From Candidatus Methanomethylicia archaeon (lineage in GTDB: Archaea; Thermoproteota; Methanomethylicia; CALHIW01), in contig JAWBQF010000032.1 of NCBI GenBank assembly GCA_038845975.1, positions 1 through 27,396 on the forward strand: DNA of 27,396 nt, read 5' to 3'. A program made the translations under genes and the position numbers. How positions within the stretch are numbered: the first letter of the stretch is position 1; the number at the start of each line of letters is the position of its first letter. Below the pieces are notes generated by a model that worked only from the letters and a program-made list of their open reading frames with translations, had not been told where the DNA came from and searched no databases. This document shows positions 10,235 to 20,640 of this stretch, piece after piece.

Positions 10235-10660
10235 TTATTTCTTAAGTCGTTTCTTAATATCCTCACGTGCCCAAGATGCAAGAGATTCTCCATGATATAA
10301 TGTTTTTAAAGCTGCATTAATGTCTTCAGGTTTAACTACAATCATCCATCCTTGGTTGTATGGATCTTCATTTATTAAAGATGGTTTTTTCTTTAAAGCC
10401 TCATTTACTTCAATAATAGTGCATGTAAAAGGCAGAGTTAAGCCACTAACCCACTTAGCTGATTCCACAGTTCCGAACGGTTTTTTAGCTTCGATTTTTG
10501 AATTAGCCGGCTTAAAACGGACAATTAAAATTTTACCTGCAGCTTTAGCACCGAAATCATCTAGCCCAACGCGAAACTTGTCATCCTCGACTCTGATCCA
10601 TAAGTGATCACTCGTATAATAAAGATCGTCTGGAAAGTCATATTCATCTATTTTAACCAT
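10235..10660 (-). CDS. gcvH: GcvH-like lipoyl carrier protein
   Basis: PDDLYY..HLW, lipoyl-Lys motif GTVESAKW, and INEDPY..GW. Confidence 0.88.
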   Translation of the reverse strand: MVKIDEYDFPDDLYYTSDHLWIRVEDDKFRVGLDDFGAKAAGKILIVRFKPANSKIEAKKPFGTVESAKWVSGLTLPFTCTIIEVNEALKKKPSLINEDPYNQGWMIVVKPEDINAALKTLYHGESLASWAREDIKKRLKK

Positions 10661-10775
10661 TAACTACACCGAGGACGATAAATGATACGAGTTTAAAAAT
10701 CTTTCTATATTCTATTTGGGCGTGACAACTTAATATATTGTAGCTTCCTTCTTAAGTTGCTAGATCTTTCTCTTC

Positions 10776-10907
10776 TGTTTTGTGAGCTTTAGATATTAAG
10801 TAAGCATGTGTGGTTAATTGTTTATTTCATGAAGATAATTGGTAGCAATTCTAAACCCAAATTAGAACTATAGTTAGAGTTAGAAACATACTTAAGTTCA
10901 TGAAGTT
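10776..10907. mobile_element. Short internally deleted IS6-like derivative
   Basis: Ends TGTTTTGTGAGCTTTAG / AAACATACTTAAGTTCATGAAGTT match the family termini. Confidence 0.4.
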
Positions 10908-11077
10908 TAAGTTTTCTACTATTCTCTCAAAACTACATCAGAAAATGTTTTCACTAATAGTGACCGCATAAAACCTATTAAATAGCAAAGCTTTAAAATT
11001 GACAGAACGAAATTTGAGAGGAATAAAAAAGGTTCCAAAACAGAATAAGATATTGAAAATAGAGTTGGAACCTTAGA

Positions 11078-11085
11078 TTTAAATA
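11078..11085 (+). promoter_or_regulatory. TATA box, probably leaderless transcript of the KH-protein/top6B operon
   Basis: TTTAAATA 23 nt before ATG 11109. Confidence 0.6.
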
Positions 11086-11108
11086 AGATTACTGAAAAGT
11101 ATACTATA

Positions 11109-11648
11109 ATGACTTACAGTAAAATATACTTGAGTATACCTAAAGAGAGAATAGGCACCTTACTAGGTGAAAGAGGAGAGATTAAAGAAGCTATTGAAAA
11201 ACTACTAAATGTAAAGATTAGTGTTTCATCTAAGGGAAATGATGCAGGAAGCATTATAATTGAGGGAGGGTTCAACTCAAGTTCAATCTTAAAAGCAAGA
11301 GACATAATTACTGCTATAGGATATGGATTAAATCCACATAATGCTTTAAAGCTTGCTGAAGATGATTATATTGTTTTATTTGTAAATATAGGTGACCAAG
11401 CTCCTGCTGCTAGAAACTTAAAGCGAATTAAAGGTCGAATTATAGGTGAAAACGGTAAGAGTAAAAGAAATATAGAGGAATTAACAAAAACATTTATTGT
11501 TGTAGATGATATAAGTAATACTGTAGTCATAATGGGCAAATATGAAAATGCAATGTTGGCAAGGGATGCTATAATTAAGTTAATTAATGGGGCTGAACAT
11601 GGAAGCGTATATAGATTCATTAAACGTAAAGCTCATATATTAATGTGA
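11109..11648 (+). CDS. KH-domain rRNA-processing protein (Dim2/Pno1 family)
   Basis: IPKERIGTLLGERG, KARDIITAIGYG, RIKGRIIGENG and LINGAEHGSVY motifs; canonical position before top6B. Confidence 0.9.
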   Translation: MTYSKIYLSIPKERIGTLLGERGEIKEAIEKLLNVKISVSSKGNDAGSIIIEGGFNSSSILKARDIITAIGYGLNPHNALKLAEDDYIVLFVNIGDQAPAARNLKRIKGRIIGENGKSKRNIEELTKTFIVVDDISNTVVIMGKYENAMLARDAIIKLINGAEHGSVYRFIKRKAHILM

Positions 11649-13162
11649 TAAATATGGTCATTGAAAAATTCAGATCAATATCTCCAGCAGATTTTTTCTA
11701 TAAAAACAGGGAGATTGCTGGGTTTGATAATCCAGCTAAAGCTACGTACATGATTATCAGAGAACTAGTTGAAAATAGTTTAGATGCATGTGAAACTCAC
11801 AAGATAATTCCTGAAATATATATTCGCTTGAGAAAGATTCCTAATACACTTAATATATATGAAATATACATTCAAGATAATGGTTGCGGTATTCCTTTCG
11901 ATTACATTCCACCAGCATTCGGCCAAATACTATATTCAAGTAAATATATAATAAGACAGACAAGAGGAACATTCGGCATGGGTGGTAAAATGGCAATACT
12001 TTATGGACAAATAACAACCCATTTTCCAGTTACGGTCATATCAAGTACCGGAGCTGATGACTGGTACCTATTTAAGTTAATGATTGACATTCAAAACAAT
12101 AAGCCTATAGTTAAAAGTAAAAGATCATTTCCAAATCCATCTCATAATCATGGAACTATTATTGAATTTAGATTTGAGGGAGATTATGTAAGAGCTAAGC
12201 AAAGAATCATAGAGTATCTTAAACTAACAGCAACAATACTTCCTTATTTAAATCTAACATTTATAGACCCTGATGGCATTCTATATCTATTTAGTAGATC
12301 AACAAAAATCTTACCCAAACCTCCTCTTGAAGTATTACCTCATCCAAATGGAATTGATATAGAAACTTTAAGTAGACTTATAAGTGAGACTAAATCGGAA
12401 TCTATGATTGAATTTTTACAAAAACATTTTCATAGAGTTGGTAAAAAAACGGCTATGAAATTTCTTAAACATGTAAACATAGATATTAACCGTTCGCCTA
12501 AAAGTCTATCTCCTGATGAAATACTCTACTTAGGTCAGGCAATGAGAAATTATAAATTCTTTCTTCCTCCAGACGCTCAATGTTTATCCACAATAGGTGC
12601 TGATTTATTGATTAGGGGTATTAAGAAAGAATTTAATCCAGAGTTTGTTATTGCGGTTACTAGACCCCCCTCAGTTTATGAGGGTCATCCCTTTATAGTT
12701 GAGGCTGCAGTAGCATATGGTGGTAATATTAGTCCCCCTCAATACTCTGGTGATATAAATTTATTTAGATTTGCAAATAAGATTCCGCTTCTTTATGATG
12801 CTTACAATGATGTTTCTATTAAAGTTATTAAAAAAATAAAATGGTGGCGGTACAAGGTGGATATTGAAAAGGACCCTATAGCATTCTTTGTACATATATG
12901 TTCAACAAAAATACCGTACAAAACGGTAGGTAAGGAATATATTGCTGACAGACCTGAAATTGAATATGAAATTGAATGGGCTTTAAAGAACTGTGGTAAA
13001 CGATTAAGGGCATATTTAATACGTAAAGCAAAAATGGAAATAAAAAAACGCCGCTTATCAGTATTAGAAAGGTACTTACCGCATATAGCGAAATTTGCTT
13101 CTGAGCTTGCTGGTAAAAATGACTTACCTGATTATTCTAAATTATTAAAGCACATAGACTAA
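11645..13162 (+). CDS. top6B: DNA topoisomerase VI subunit B
   Basis: ELVENSLDA, DNGCGI, QTRGTFGMG and RFANKIPLL motifs; start may be ATG 11654. Confidence 0.96.
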   Translation: MINMVIEKFRSISPADFFYKNREIAGFDNPAKATYMIIRELVENSLDACETHKIIPEIYIRLRKIPNTLNIYEIYIQDNGCGIPFDYIPPAFGQILYSSKYIIRQTRGTFGMGGKMAILYGQITTHFPVTVISSTGADDWYLFKLMIDIQNNKPIVKSKRSFPNPSHNHGTIIEFRFEGDYVRAKQRIIEYLKLTATILPYLNLTFIDPDGILYLFSRSTKILPKPPLEVLPHPNGIDIETLSRLISETKSESMIEFLQKHFHRVGKKTAMKFLKHVNIDINRSPKSLSPDEILYLGQAMRNYKFFLPPDAQCLSTIGADLLIRGIKKEFNPEFVIAVTRPPSVYEGHPFIVEAAVAYGGNISPPQYSGDINLFRFANKIPLLYDAYNDVSIKVIKKIKWWRYKVDIEKDPIAFFVHICSTKIPYKTVGKEYIADRPEIEYEIEWALKNCGKRLRAYLIRKAKMEIKKRRLSVLERYLPHIAKFASELAGKNDLPDYSKLLKHID

Positions 13163-13171
13163 TCTTTTTAA

Positions 13172-13909
13172 CACTTTATTTAGATATTTTATTGATGTTT
13201 TTATTTTGTTTGCTATAAGAGAAATATACTATAAAAGAAACAATTTTATTCTTTTTCTAACAACTCTTTGTTATTGACTATTTATTTAATTTCTTTGTAT
13301 TCTTGGGAGTTATTCTGGCTTTCGAGTTTGTTGTTGATGATGTTATTTATTCTTATCATGGTTAGTGTAATGTTATTAGATAAATTGGTGTAGAGGTAAT
13401 ATATCTTAGGATGTTATATATCTCGATACTTAAAGCTTCCAGGAACTTAGTAGGAACTATGGTGTTACGTATTGAGTATCTGAAGAATTATGGATGTTGT
13501 AGAGTTAGATTAAATTGTAAGATGAATAGTTTTACTAAAGTTAATGAAGCTTATGCTAAGGCTAAATTGAAGAGTAAGAGACATAAAGAATGCTGATAGG
13601 GGAATAATATACTTGATATTAATATTTGTTGAAAGGGAAATTAGAAGACTACACATCATTAACAATATATATAGGAATATGATCGAGAAGATGTTTAGAA
13701 GGAAAGTTGAGCAATGCTCAAATACATACGCAAATAAATTCCTATCATGCAATGTAGTTGGGAAAATGGATTCAAACACCAACACACTCAAAGCATGTAA
13801 GAGAGAAAGTCATGTTAACAACTACGAGAAATACGTAACTTGTTAAGACTATATAAATACATGAAGGATCGTCAGAGACAATATAAAACATACTTAAATT
13901 CACAAAGCA
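13172..13909 (+). mobile_element. Degenerate IS6-like element
   Basis: Right end AAACATACTTAAATTCACAAAGCA; remnants ADRGIIY and RNMIEKMFR..ANKF resemble the IS6 DDE core. Confidence 0.5.
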
Positions 13910-13980
13910 ATTAATTATGAGGTAAGTATATATAGTTGCAATACTACACTATACAATATAGCTATGTAAGAGGGTTCTTC

Positions 13981-14310
13981 ATGCTTATTAATGTTAAAAC
14001 AAAAGATAAAACTCAAGCCGAAATATACATTAAAGAATGGAAAATTGGGATGGAACTTATTGTTGCTATATGTGATTCTGAGCTTATTGGTAAAAAATTT
14101 AACGAAGGAAAGTTAACAATAGATATTAAAGGCTCTTTTTATGGTAATACTAAAGTTTCATTAGAATATGGACTAGAAAGATTAAAGAAAGCAACAATTG
14201 CTAATATCGTTGGAGAAAAAATAGTTAATGCCGCAATTAGTGAGGGACTAATACCAAGAGATTCTATAATATTCATTGATGGAATACCTCATGCTCAGGT
14301 TATAAGGTAA
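13981..14310 (+). CDS. DUF424 family protein
   Basis: VAICDSELIGK, SFYG, ATIANIVGE and GIPHAQ motifs; ATG 13981 preferred over TTG 13936. Confidence 0.85.
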   Translation: MLINVKTKDKTQAEIYIKEWKIGMELIVAICDSELIGKKFNEGKLTIDIKGSFYGNTKVSLEYGLERLKKATIANIVGEKIVNAAISEGLIPRDSIIFIDGIPHAQVIR

Positions 14311-14878
14311 TTAATATAATGGCGCAAAAAGAATATTCCATTTAATGGTTTATAAGTTTTAGCTAGATGCTTATTACTGTTTTGAGCTTACATTTTAGTT
14401 ATTTTTTAGGATTTAAGAATTTTAAGCTATCCTTAGAAGAGTTTAGTAGAATTTTATCATTACTGGATTGTTTTACTCATTTATTAATTTTGGGATATGT
14501 ATTGCCTGTGAACCCTAAGTTGATGGATTGATTGAGAATATAGTTGAAGATGATAAACATGTTTAAACTCATAACATGCATACCGAAAGCCCACTATAAA
14601 CAGTGAAGAAACTTGTTAAGGACTATGAGTAGTAGAAGTGGCTTGTAATCGATGATAGGGTATTGAAGGGAACAGATGCTCATATATGTTATAACCATAA
14701 ATATGTGAAAAGGGATAAAACATAAAATATGATGTAAAATCACTATAGGTAAATATATAAACTGTTGGGACGAGATATCAATTTAAGGACTAGGACCTAT
14801 TATACAAGATAAACTTAAACTCATAAATGTTCATATCATAATGATGCTAGGTGTATTCAAACTTAGGAATTACTTGCA

Positions 14879-15802
14879 TCATAATTCTCTTTCTATATTT
14901 AACAGAAGGGATTTTGCAAATTCACTAGGATTAAATGGTATTAAGTCATCATATGATTGACCAGTACCTAGAAAAAGTATGGGCTTTTTTGTTACGAAGG
15001 CTATTGATAATACTGCACCGCCTTTAATGTCAGCATCTATTTTTGTAAGAATACTGCCAGATATTCCAATGTAGCTATTAAATATTTTAGCCTGATTTAA
15101 AGCATCATTGCCTGCCAATGAATCACCAACAAAAATGATTAAATCAGGCTTTATAACACGTATAATTTTCTTAAGTTCATCAAGTAAACTCCTATCTGTT
15201 TGCATTCTTCCTGCTGTATCTATAAGTACTGTGTCTACTTTGTGTACTTTGGCATATTTTACTGTATCATAAGCTACAGCAGCTGGATCAGCTCCATATT
15301 TATGTTTTACTACTTTTACACCAAGATTTGCTGCATGAATTTCTAATTGCTCTTGAGCCCCAGCCCTAAATGTATCACTACATGCTAAAACTGTTGTGAT
15401 CCCATTTCTGATAAGTAATTTTGCTATTTTTGCTATAGTTGTCGTTTTACCTGAACCATTGACTCCGATAAATAAAACAACTAAAACATTTCCTTTGGCT
15501 TTGTAATTTTTAGCAAGTTGAAGTAAGTCAATATTATCATCAGTATGTAGTATCTCTAATAGTGACTTATAAAGTGAATTATATATTAAACTATTTAGAT
15601 TTCTGATTCTATGTACTTCCTTACCAATTATTTCCTCTTTAAGTTTCATTATTAACTCTTCTACAACTTCTACAGCAACATTATTTTCAAGGAGAGAATA
15701 GTACAGCTCATTAAGTGTACTCTCTAAATCCTTATCTGAAATTGTTTTAGTTATTATCTTTCTAAATACTCTGCTAAAACTTTCCTGTAATTTGCTAAAC
15801 AT
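14879..15802 (-). CDS. ftsY: SRP receptor FtsY
   Basis: GVNGSGKTTTIAK, DTFRAGA, DTAGR, TKID and GTGQ motifs. Confidence 0.96.
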   Translation of the reverse strand: MFSKLQESFSRVFRKIITKTISDKDLESTLNELYYSLLENNVAVEVVEELIMKLKEEIIGKEVHRIRNLNSLIYNSLYKSLLEILHTDDNIDLLQLAKNYKAKGNVLVVLFIGVNGSGKTTTIAKIAKLLIRNGITTVLACSDTFRAGAQEQLEIHAANLGVKVVKHKYGADPAAVAYDTVKYAKVHKVDTVLIDTAGRMQTDRSLLDELKKIIRVIKPDLIIFVGDSLAGNDALNQAKIFNSYIGISGSILTKIDADIKGGAVLSIAFVTKKPILFLGTGQSYDDLIPFNPSEFAKSLLLNIEREL

Positions 15803-15807
15803 AATCC

Positions 15808-16204
15808 TTACCTATATTGTAGTAGTCTATGTAATAATGCGCAGATCTTTTTCTCTGTTCTGTTTAGTCTTGAAATCATACAATTTTCTACTTTTTTATC
15901 CGTACTGAATTTAGCTTTTTAAGTTGTTTCTTCAAGATTTTGCCTCAATCACAGATAATCTTTGGGAAATTCAATTGTAGTACAACCTTAAGTTACTGAA
16001 ACAATATCTTACTTTGATTAATATTCTCTGAATAGTATTAACTAAAATTTCACCTTTTTTAGGGTATACTTTAAAAAATTCTTTTAAAGCAATGATCCTT
16101 GATGCTGCTTTAAATATTGGAGTTATAGTTTCTAGATGTTTTTGTAATTGCCCTGCTATCAACCGTCCTATATTAACCCAATCTATTTTTTCATCTTCAT
16201 TCAC
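15808..16204 (-). pseudogene. pfdA: Probable prefoldin alpha pseudogene
   Basis: Fills the conserved slot between rpl18a and ftsY (397 nt); GTG start after AAGGTG. GEILV..I, KVVLQL, NLEE and a coiled-coil-like tail are spread over different frames with internal stops. Confidence 0.6.
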
Positions 16205-16208
16205 ACTA

Positions 16209-16394
16209 CTACACCTTCTCAGTAATTTTTTCAATAATAATTTGTTTCCTTTTAATTTTATGACAACTTCCTAGTTCACAATATATTTTTTCTATTACAT
16301 CATTAACTTTCACTCCAGGTACTATTTTTTTAAATGATATAATTTGTCTCCCTATACGTAATTTTCCCTTAACAGTATATAAATGTATGTTCAT
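16209..16394 (-). CDS. rpl18a: 50S ribosomal protein L18Ae/LX
   Basis: EKIYCELGSCHKIKRKQIII motif; conserved synteny. Confidence 0.9.
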   Translation of the reverse strand: MNIHLYTVKGKLRIGRQIISFKKIVPGVKVNDVIEKIYCELGSCHKIKRKQIIIEKITEKV

Positions 16395-16432
16395 ATTAAC
16401 CAGCTACAACACTCTTAGAGTTCTTAAGCATG

Positions 16433-16440
16433 TATTTAAA
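16433..16440 (-). promoter_or_regulatory. TATA box of rpl18a
   Basis: TTTAAATA on the minus strand, 38 nt upstream of the ATG. Confidence 0.5.
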
Positions 16441-17250
16441 TTTTAAAACTTGGATGAGGTTATTACCATAAATAGAGCATACATAGAGAGTTCTATAGCA
16501 AAAGCAAAGTTAAAAAAGAACAAATAGGTTCAAGTATAAGGGGAATTTAAACCTCTATGTATATGAAGACACTATGCCTTTAAACAGCATAGCATTAGAA
16601 TTAAAAGTAAAGTCATATATGGGTTAAGTTAAGAGATTTAATGTATTATAGGCTGTAGTGAAATTCATCTTAGTATTTGAATAGTCCTGTTCATGAAATA
16701 CACAGGGCTATTCATCCTTATTGCAGTTATGGTTATGTTTTAGTAAAGCTGCAATAGTTAGGAGTACATATATGATTATATTTGCTGGCTTATTTACATA
16801 TAATTTTTAGTATTAAGTTTTTTAATACTAAAAAGTTACTTGATACACTTTTCTTCTTGCAGATATCCTTCATTTTTCTGAGCTAAGACTCATGAGAGGT
16901 TATTGCGAATGATGCTTCTTTTTAAACCTATTTCTCTCAATACATTTATTTCTGCTATTATGAGAAACATAGGTTAATACCTAAAGGTTGTTAGATTAGT
17001 AATAAAAGCAAAGATTACTAAAGTCTTGATGCTAGATAGAGATTTAGCAATTCTGCAATAAGATACTTCATCAATCTAGTAATCTTAACGCAGAATATTA
17101 TTTTTTAAATCCTGAAATCATCCTACAATAGTTATCAAATTCGCAAAGAAATATGCAAAGGTAGAGACATACTCAAATGCTAGCACATATGTAGGATGAA
17201 AACCACTTAGAGACTATGTGAATAATTCTGACATATTTTATAACTAAATA

Positions 17251-17919
17251 TCATACTTTTAATGTAGCTGTAATTTTCATAATTTCTGACCCGGTGGTCT
17301 TATTACCAACCAAGGCTCCATAAGAATTTGCGATAATTCCAGTTCTGACAAATTGAAACCCATGATTTACGGTTCCAGTATTTACTGTTTTTTTAAAAAT
17401 ATCTTCAATATTTCTTCTTTCATTAGGTGTAATATTAGGATTTGCAAGTATGCCGTGTTTATTCATTACAATTGATGAGCCGATCAGCGGTGACATAGCC
17501 ACGCTTCCTTTAAATACCTCTACGTCCATGTTATCTTCGATTATCTTTATAGCTTCATCTTCTAATGAAGAATGAACTAAAGCCTTTTTTTCATCAACTA
17601 ATACAATGTTTCCTACGGCTGTCTTTTTTGAAGGTAAAATTATGATGTCTACATTAAGCGCTTTTTTTATTGCTTGAACTTCATCCTCAAGCACATTATA
17701 GGGAAGTATTAAAAAATTCTCATTACCACTTACCATGGCGCCAATTACAGTTATCCCAGCAATGTTTGTGGATATAATCTCTTTTACCTTTAGGTTTTCT
17801 TTTAATAAATTTATAAACTTTCTATCTGTACCCTTGGGCACTATTGCAAATTTGTCATTAGCAAAAACATAAACGCCTATATTAGGATTTCCGTGAAAAT
17901 CGGTGAGATATAACCCCAA
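17251..17919 (-). CDS. eif6: Translation initiation factor 6 (aIF6)
   Basis: GNPNIGVY, GTVNHG, G..ANSYGALVG..TTGSE motifs. Confidence 0.95.
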   Translation of the reverse strand: MGLYLTDFHGNPNIGVYVFANDKFAIVPKGTDRKFINLLKENLKVKEIISTNIAGITVIGAMVSGNENFLILPYNVLEDEVQAIKKALNVDIIILPSKKTAVGNIVLVDEKKALVHSSLEDEAIKIIEDNMDVEVFKGSVAMSPLIGSSIVMNKHGILANPNITPNERRNIEDIFKKTVNTGTVNHGFQFVRTGIIANSYGALVGNKTTGSEIMKITATLKV

Positions 17920-17929
17920 ATATTAATCC

Positions 17930-18208
17930 CTACTTTGCAGAGAGTACTCTAATAATTTGTTTATCCGTCTGTTGAACTATTATTTTAATCTTCCTAAAAG
18001 CTTTCTTTTTACCTCTACACCATAGCAGTTCATTTAGCTCCTGTGAAATAGTTATTTGATGATCTTCCACTTTAAAATGCCGCTTAATGTACTTCTTAAT
18101 ACTCCTTATAGCGCTTGGTACTCTCTTTGTTCGTGACCATTTAAAAGCCTTTCTCAATGATAATGTAACGAAACTTTCTCTAATTATTTTCTCTTCATTA
18201 CTTGGCAT
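17930..18208 (-). CDS. rpl31e: 50S ribosomal protein L31e
   Basis: RTKRVPSAI, RHFK and ELNELLWCRG motifs; synteny. Confidence 0.92.
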   Translation of the reverse strand: MPSNEEKIIRESFVTLSLRKAFKWSRTKRVPSAIRSIKKYIKRHFKVEDHQITISQELNELLWCRGKKKAFRKIKIIVQQTDKQIIRVLSAK

Positions 18209-18223
18209 CAACTTCTCCCTAGA

Positions 18224-18379
18224 CTAAACCTTAAGACTACCTCTTCGCCAATGTCTTAATTTAGGATGTCTCCTAAATTTTCTTGCCGTTTTGGCTACAA
18301 CCCAAATTGGCACTGGAGTATTTTGTTTTAAAAATTTAGCCAGTTTAAGTTTCTTATTTAATGTTTTATTTCTACCCAA
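18224..18379 (-). CDS. rpl39e: 50S ribosomal protein L39e, 51 aa
   Basis: TTG start after GGTGA; [51 protein letters not shown]. Not in the ORF track. Confidence 0.95.
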   Translation of the reverse strand: MGRNKTLNKKLKLAKFLKQNTPVPIWVVAKTARKFRRHPKLRHWRRGSLKV

Positions 18380-18394
18380 AATAATCACCATCGT

Positions 18395-18736
18395 TCATAT
18401 TCGTCTAATCCTTATTTCTCGTTTACTATCTTCGCTAAGCTTTATCAGCATTTGCTTTAAAAAATCATCTGTTATTGGCGGCTTTAATCTTCCGCTTTGA
18501 ACCAAATGTATTAGTTGCATTTCAATTTGCTCTGTTAACTCAGGTTTTATAAGTCTAAGATTATTTAGCCTTGCTCTTGCCTCTGGAGTTAGTATTACTC
18601 TCAGCATTGCTTGTTTTTTAGCCTCAATTTCTCTTCTCTTTTCTTCCTCCTGTTGACTTTCTAATATTTTTTTCTGTAACTCTAGCATCTTTCTTCTTTT
18701 TATCTCCGTTAGATCCATGTTACTATATTCACTCAA
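18395..18736 (-). CDS. PDCD5-family DNA-binding protein
   Basis: ILTPEARARLNNLRLIKPE..QLIHLVQSGRL motif. Confidence 0.92.
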   Translation of the reverse strand: MSEYSNMDLTEIKRRKMLELQKKILESQQEEEKRREIEAKKQAMLRVILTPEARARLNNLRLIKPELTEQIEMQLIHLVQSGRLKPPITDDFLKQMLIKLSEDSKREIRIRRI

Positions 18737-18747
18737 TTATATCACCA

Positions 18748-19212
18748 TTACTGAAAAGCATATTTCTTCAAGCTTGGATTCTCCCTTATAGTTTCCCTAA
18801 AAATCTTTAAAGAAATTCTATCAAGTAAAGCATAACCATTTGGTGTTAAAATTCTTCCTTCTCCTTTGATAGTTTTTACAAGTTCTGCTTTTTCAAGTTG
18901 TTGCAGAATTAATCGTATTATCTTTCCTCCAGCTTTTCTAAAATGTCTTGGTTTTAATCCTGCGTTTCTTACTCCTCCATACATCTTTCTTAATTTTTCA
19001 ACACCAATATGTTGATTTAAGTAAATTTTTCTTAAAATAGAGGCTGCTCGGATCCACCACCAATCATCATTTTGTGGCAGTCTTTCTCTATGCGCCCCTG
19101 TCTTAACAAACTTACTCCATAATGGTGGAGATATGGTTCTATAATTATCCCTAAGATAAATTGCTAATTCCCTTATTAATTTTTCTGATGGAACATCCTT
19201 TACGCTTACCAT
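18748..19212 (-). CDS. rps19e: 30S ribosomal protein S19e
   Basis: VKTGAHRE, WWWIRAASILRKIY and IIRLILQQLE motifs. Confidence 0.96.
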   Translation of the reverse strand: MVSVKDVPSEKLIRELAIYLRDNYRTISPPLWSKFVKTGAHRERLPQNDDWWWIRAASILRKIYLNQHIGVEKLRKMYGGVRNAGLKPRHFRKAGGKIIRLILQQLEKAELVKTIKGEGRILTPNGYALLDRISLKIFRETIRENPSLKKYAFQ

Positions 19213-19260
19213 GAAAAAGCAATAGTAAGGCCCATATTTATTTTTTATGTATTATATAAG

Positions 19261-19904
19261 GGCTTTGTTGGCTTTAGTTTTATTTTGGAGTTTTCTTCCT
19301 TATTTATGGTGTTGGTAGGTCTAATGTTATCTTATTGGGGTGGGTGCTTTGTTTGTTTTGTTTATGTTGTTGTATGTTTGTTATCTGGTATGTCTTTAGA
19401 ATTTTGTTTATTTTGTAGGGTTGTATTTGTTTTATGGTTTATCTTAAGCTTCTATTGAGTTTGATTATTAGATGGTTAATAATACTATTATTAGTAGGTT
19501 CTATGGGTGGTCATGTATGTTGTATTTGAATAATTATTAGAGGGTTCTCTACATATTGTTTGATGTTGCAATACACATACACTTTAACATTCCTTAGAAG
19601 ATAAAGGCTATCTATGATTCAAACATCAAATACATACTCAATACTATAAGCATCATGCAAATATGAGTTTAAACATGATATAGTTTATAAGTTAAATTGA
19701 TGGAGAGAATCATACATTAGAATAGATAAACTGTTTGACAACTATATACCATTATGAAGGATAAGTGTAATAGTAAACATGTACCCCATCCTATAAGTTA
19801 ATAGTATAGCTAAATAAGCATGATTAATAAGAGGATAAAGCTAAGAATTCATAGAAACACAAAACCAAAATAAAGATAATAAAACATACTTAAATCTACA
19901 AGCC
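19261..19904 (+). mobile_element. Degenerate IS6-like element (644 bp)
   Basis: Ends GGCTTTGTTGGCTTTAG / CATACTTAAATCTACAAGCC. Remnants LMERI, LFDNYIP and KCNSKHV resemble the archaeal IS6 transposase C-terminus. Confidence 0.65.
19292..19675 (+). repeat. 384-bp exact direct repeat, copy 1
   Basis: Identical by eye to 22624-23007 (offset 3332). Confidence 0.95.
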
Positions 19905-19980
19905 TATTGATTTTACGTTAAATTTATAAATAGGAATTCAAAATATTATATGCTTTATAAGTAATTTTATGGTGTAGTTT

Positions 19981-20622
19981 ATGAAAAGGTTTAATTTAGG
20001 GCCAGCTCAAAATATGATACTTAAAGGAACAACAACGGTAGGTGTCGTATGTGAAGATGGAATCATCTTAGCGGCCGATAAAAGAGCAACAGCTGGATAT
20101 TATATAGCTAGTAAACGTGTAAAAAAAATATTTAAAATAGATGATTATATAGCAGGAACTATGGCTGGAGGTGTAGCTGATGCTCAACACTTTCTTGAAG
20201 CAATAAGATACATGGCAAGTTTATATAAGTATAATAACAAGAGACCTATTTCTGTCAAATCAGCAGCAACATTAGCGTCAAACATCCTCTTTAACATGAG
20301 ACCTTATGTATTTCTAGTTGAGTCCATAATTGCCGGTGTTGACAATCAAGGTCCAAGTATGTATTCCATAGACTTCTTTGGAACAATTACGCAAGAACAA
20401 TGCATAGGACGTGGCTCAGGTAGCCCAATAGCTTTAGGAGTATTGGAAAGTGAATTTAAGCCTAGAATGAATGTAAGTGCAGCCTTACCTATTATTATAA
20501 AAGCATTGAACGCTGCTCTAAAAAGAGATCCTTTCACAGGTGAGGGTATAGATATCGTAGTAATTACCAAGAAAGAAGGATATCATGAACTTTCTGAAGA
20601 TGATCTTAAAAGTTACTTATAA
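19981..20622 (+). CDS. psmB: Proteasome beta subunit
   Basis: Propeptide followed by G/TTTVG; ADKRAT, GSGS and RD..TG motifs. Confidence 0.96.
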   Translation: MKRFNLGPAQNMILKGTTTVGVVCEDGIILAADKRATAGYYIASKRVKKIFKIDDYIAGTMAGGVADAQHFLEAIRYMASLYKYNNKRPISVKSAATLASNILFNMRPYVFLVESIIAGVDNQGPSMYSIDFFGTITQEQCIGRGSGSPIALGVLESEFKPRMNVSAALPIIIKALNAALKRDPFTGEGIDIVVITKKEGYHELSEDDLKSYL

Positions 20623-20640
20623 GTCAGGTATAGATACTAC

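Noticed and set aside
7688-13846. ORFs 7688-7921, 9730-9942, 13411-13596, 13510-13791 and 13613-13846 as novel small proteins
   Set aside because: They are fragments or off-frame readings of transposase remnants.
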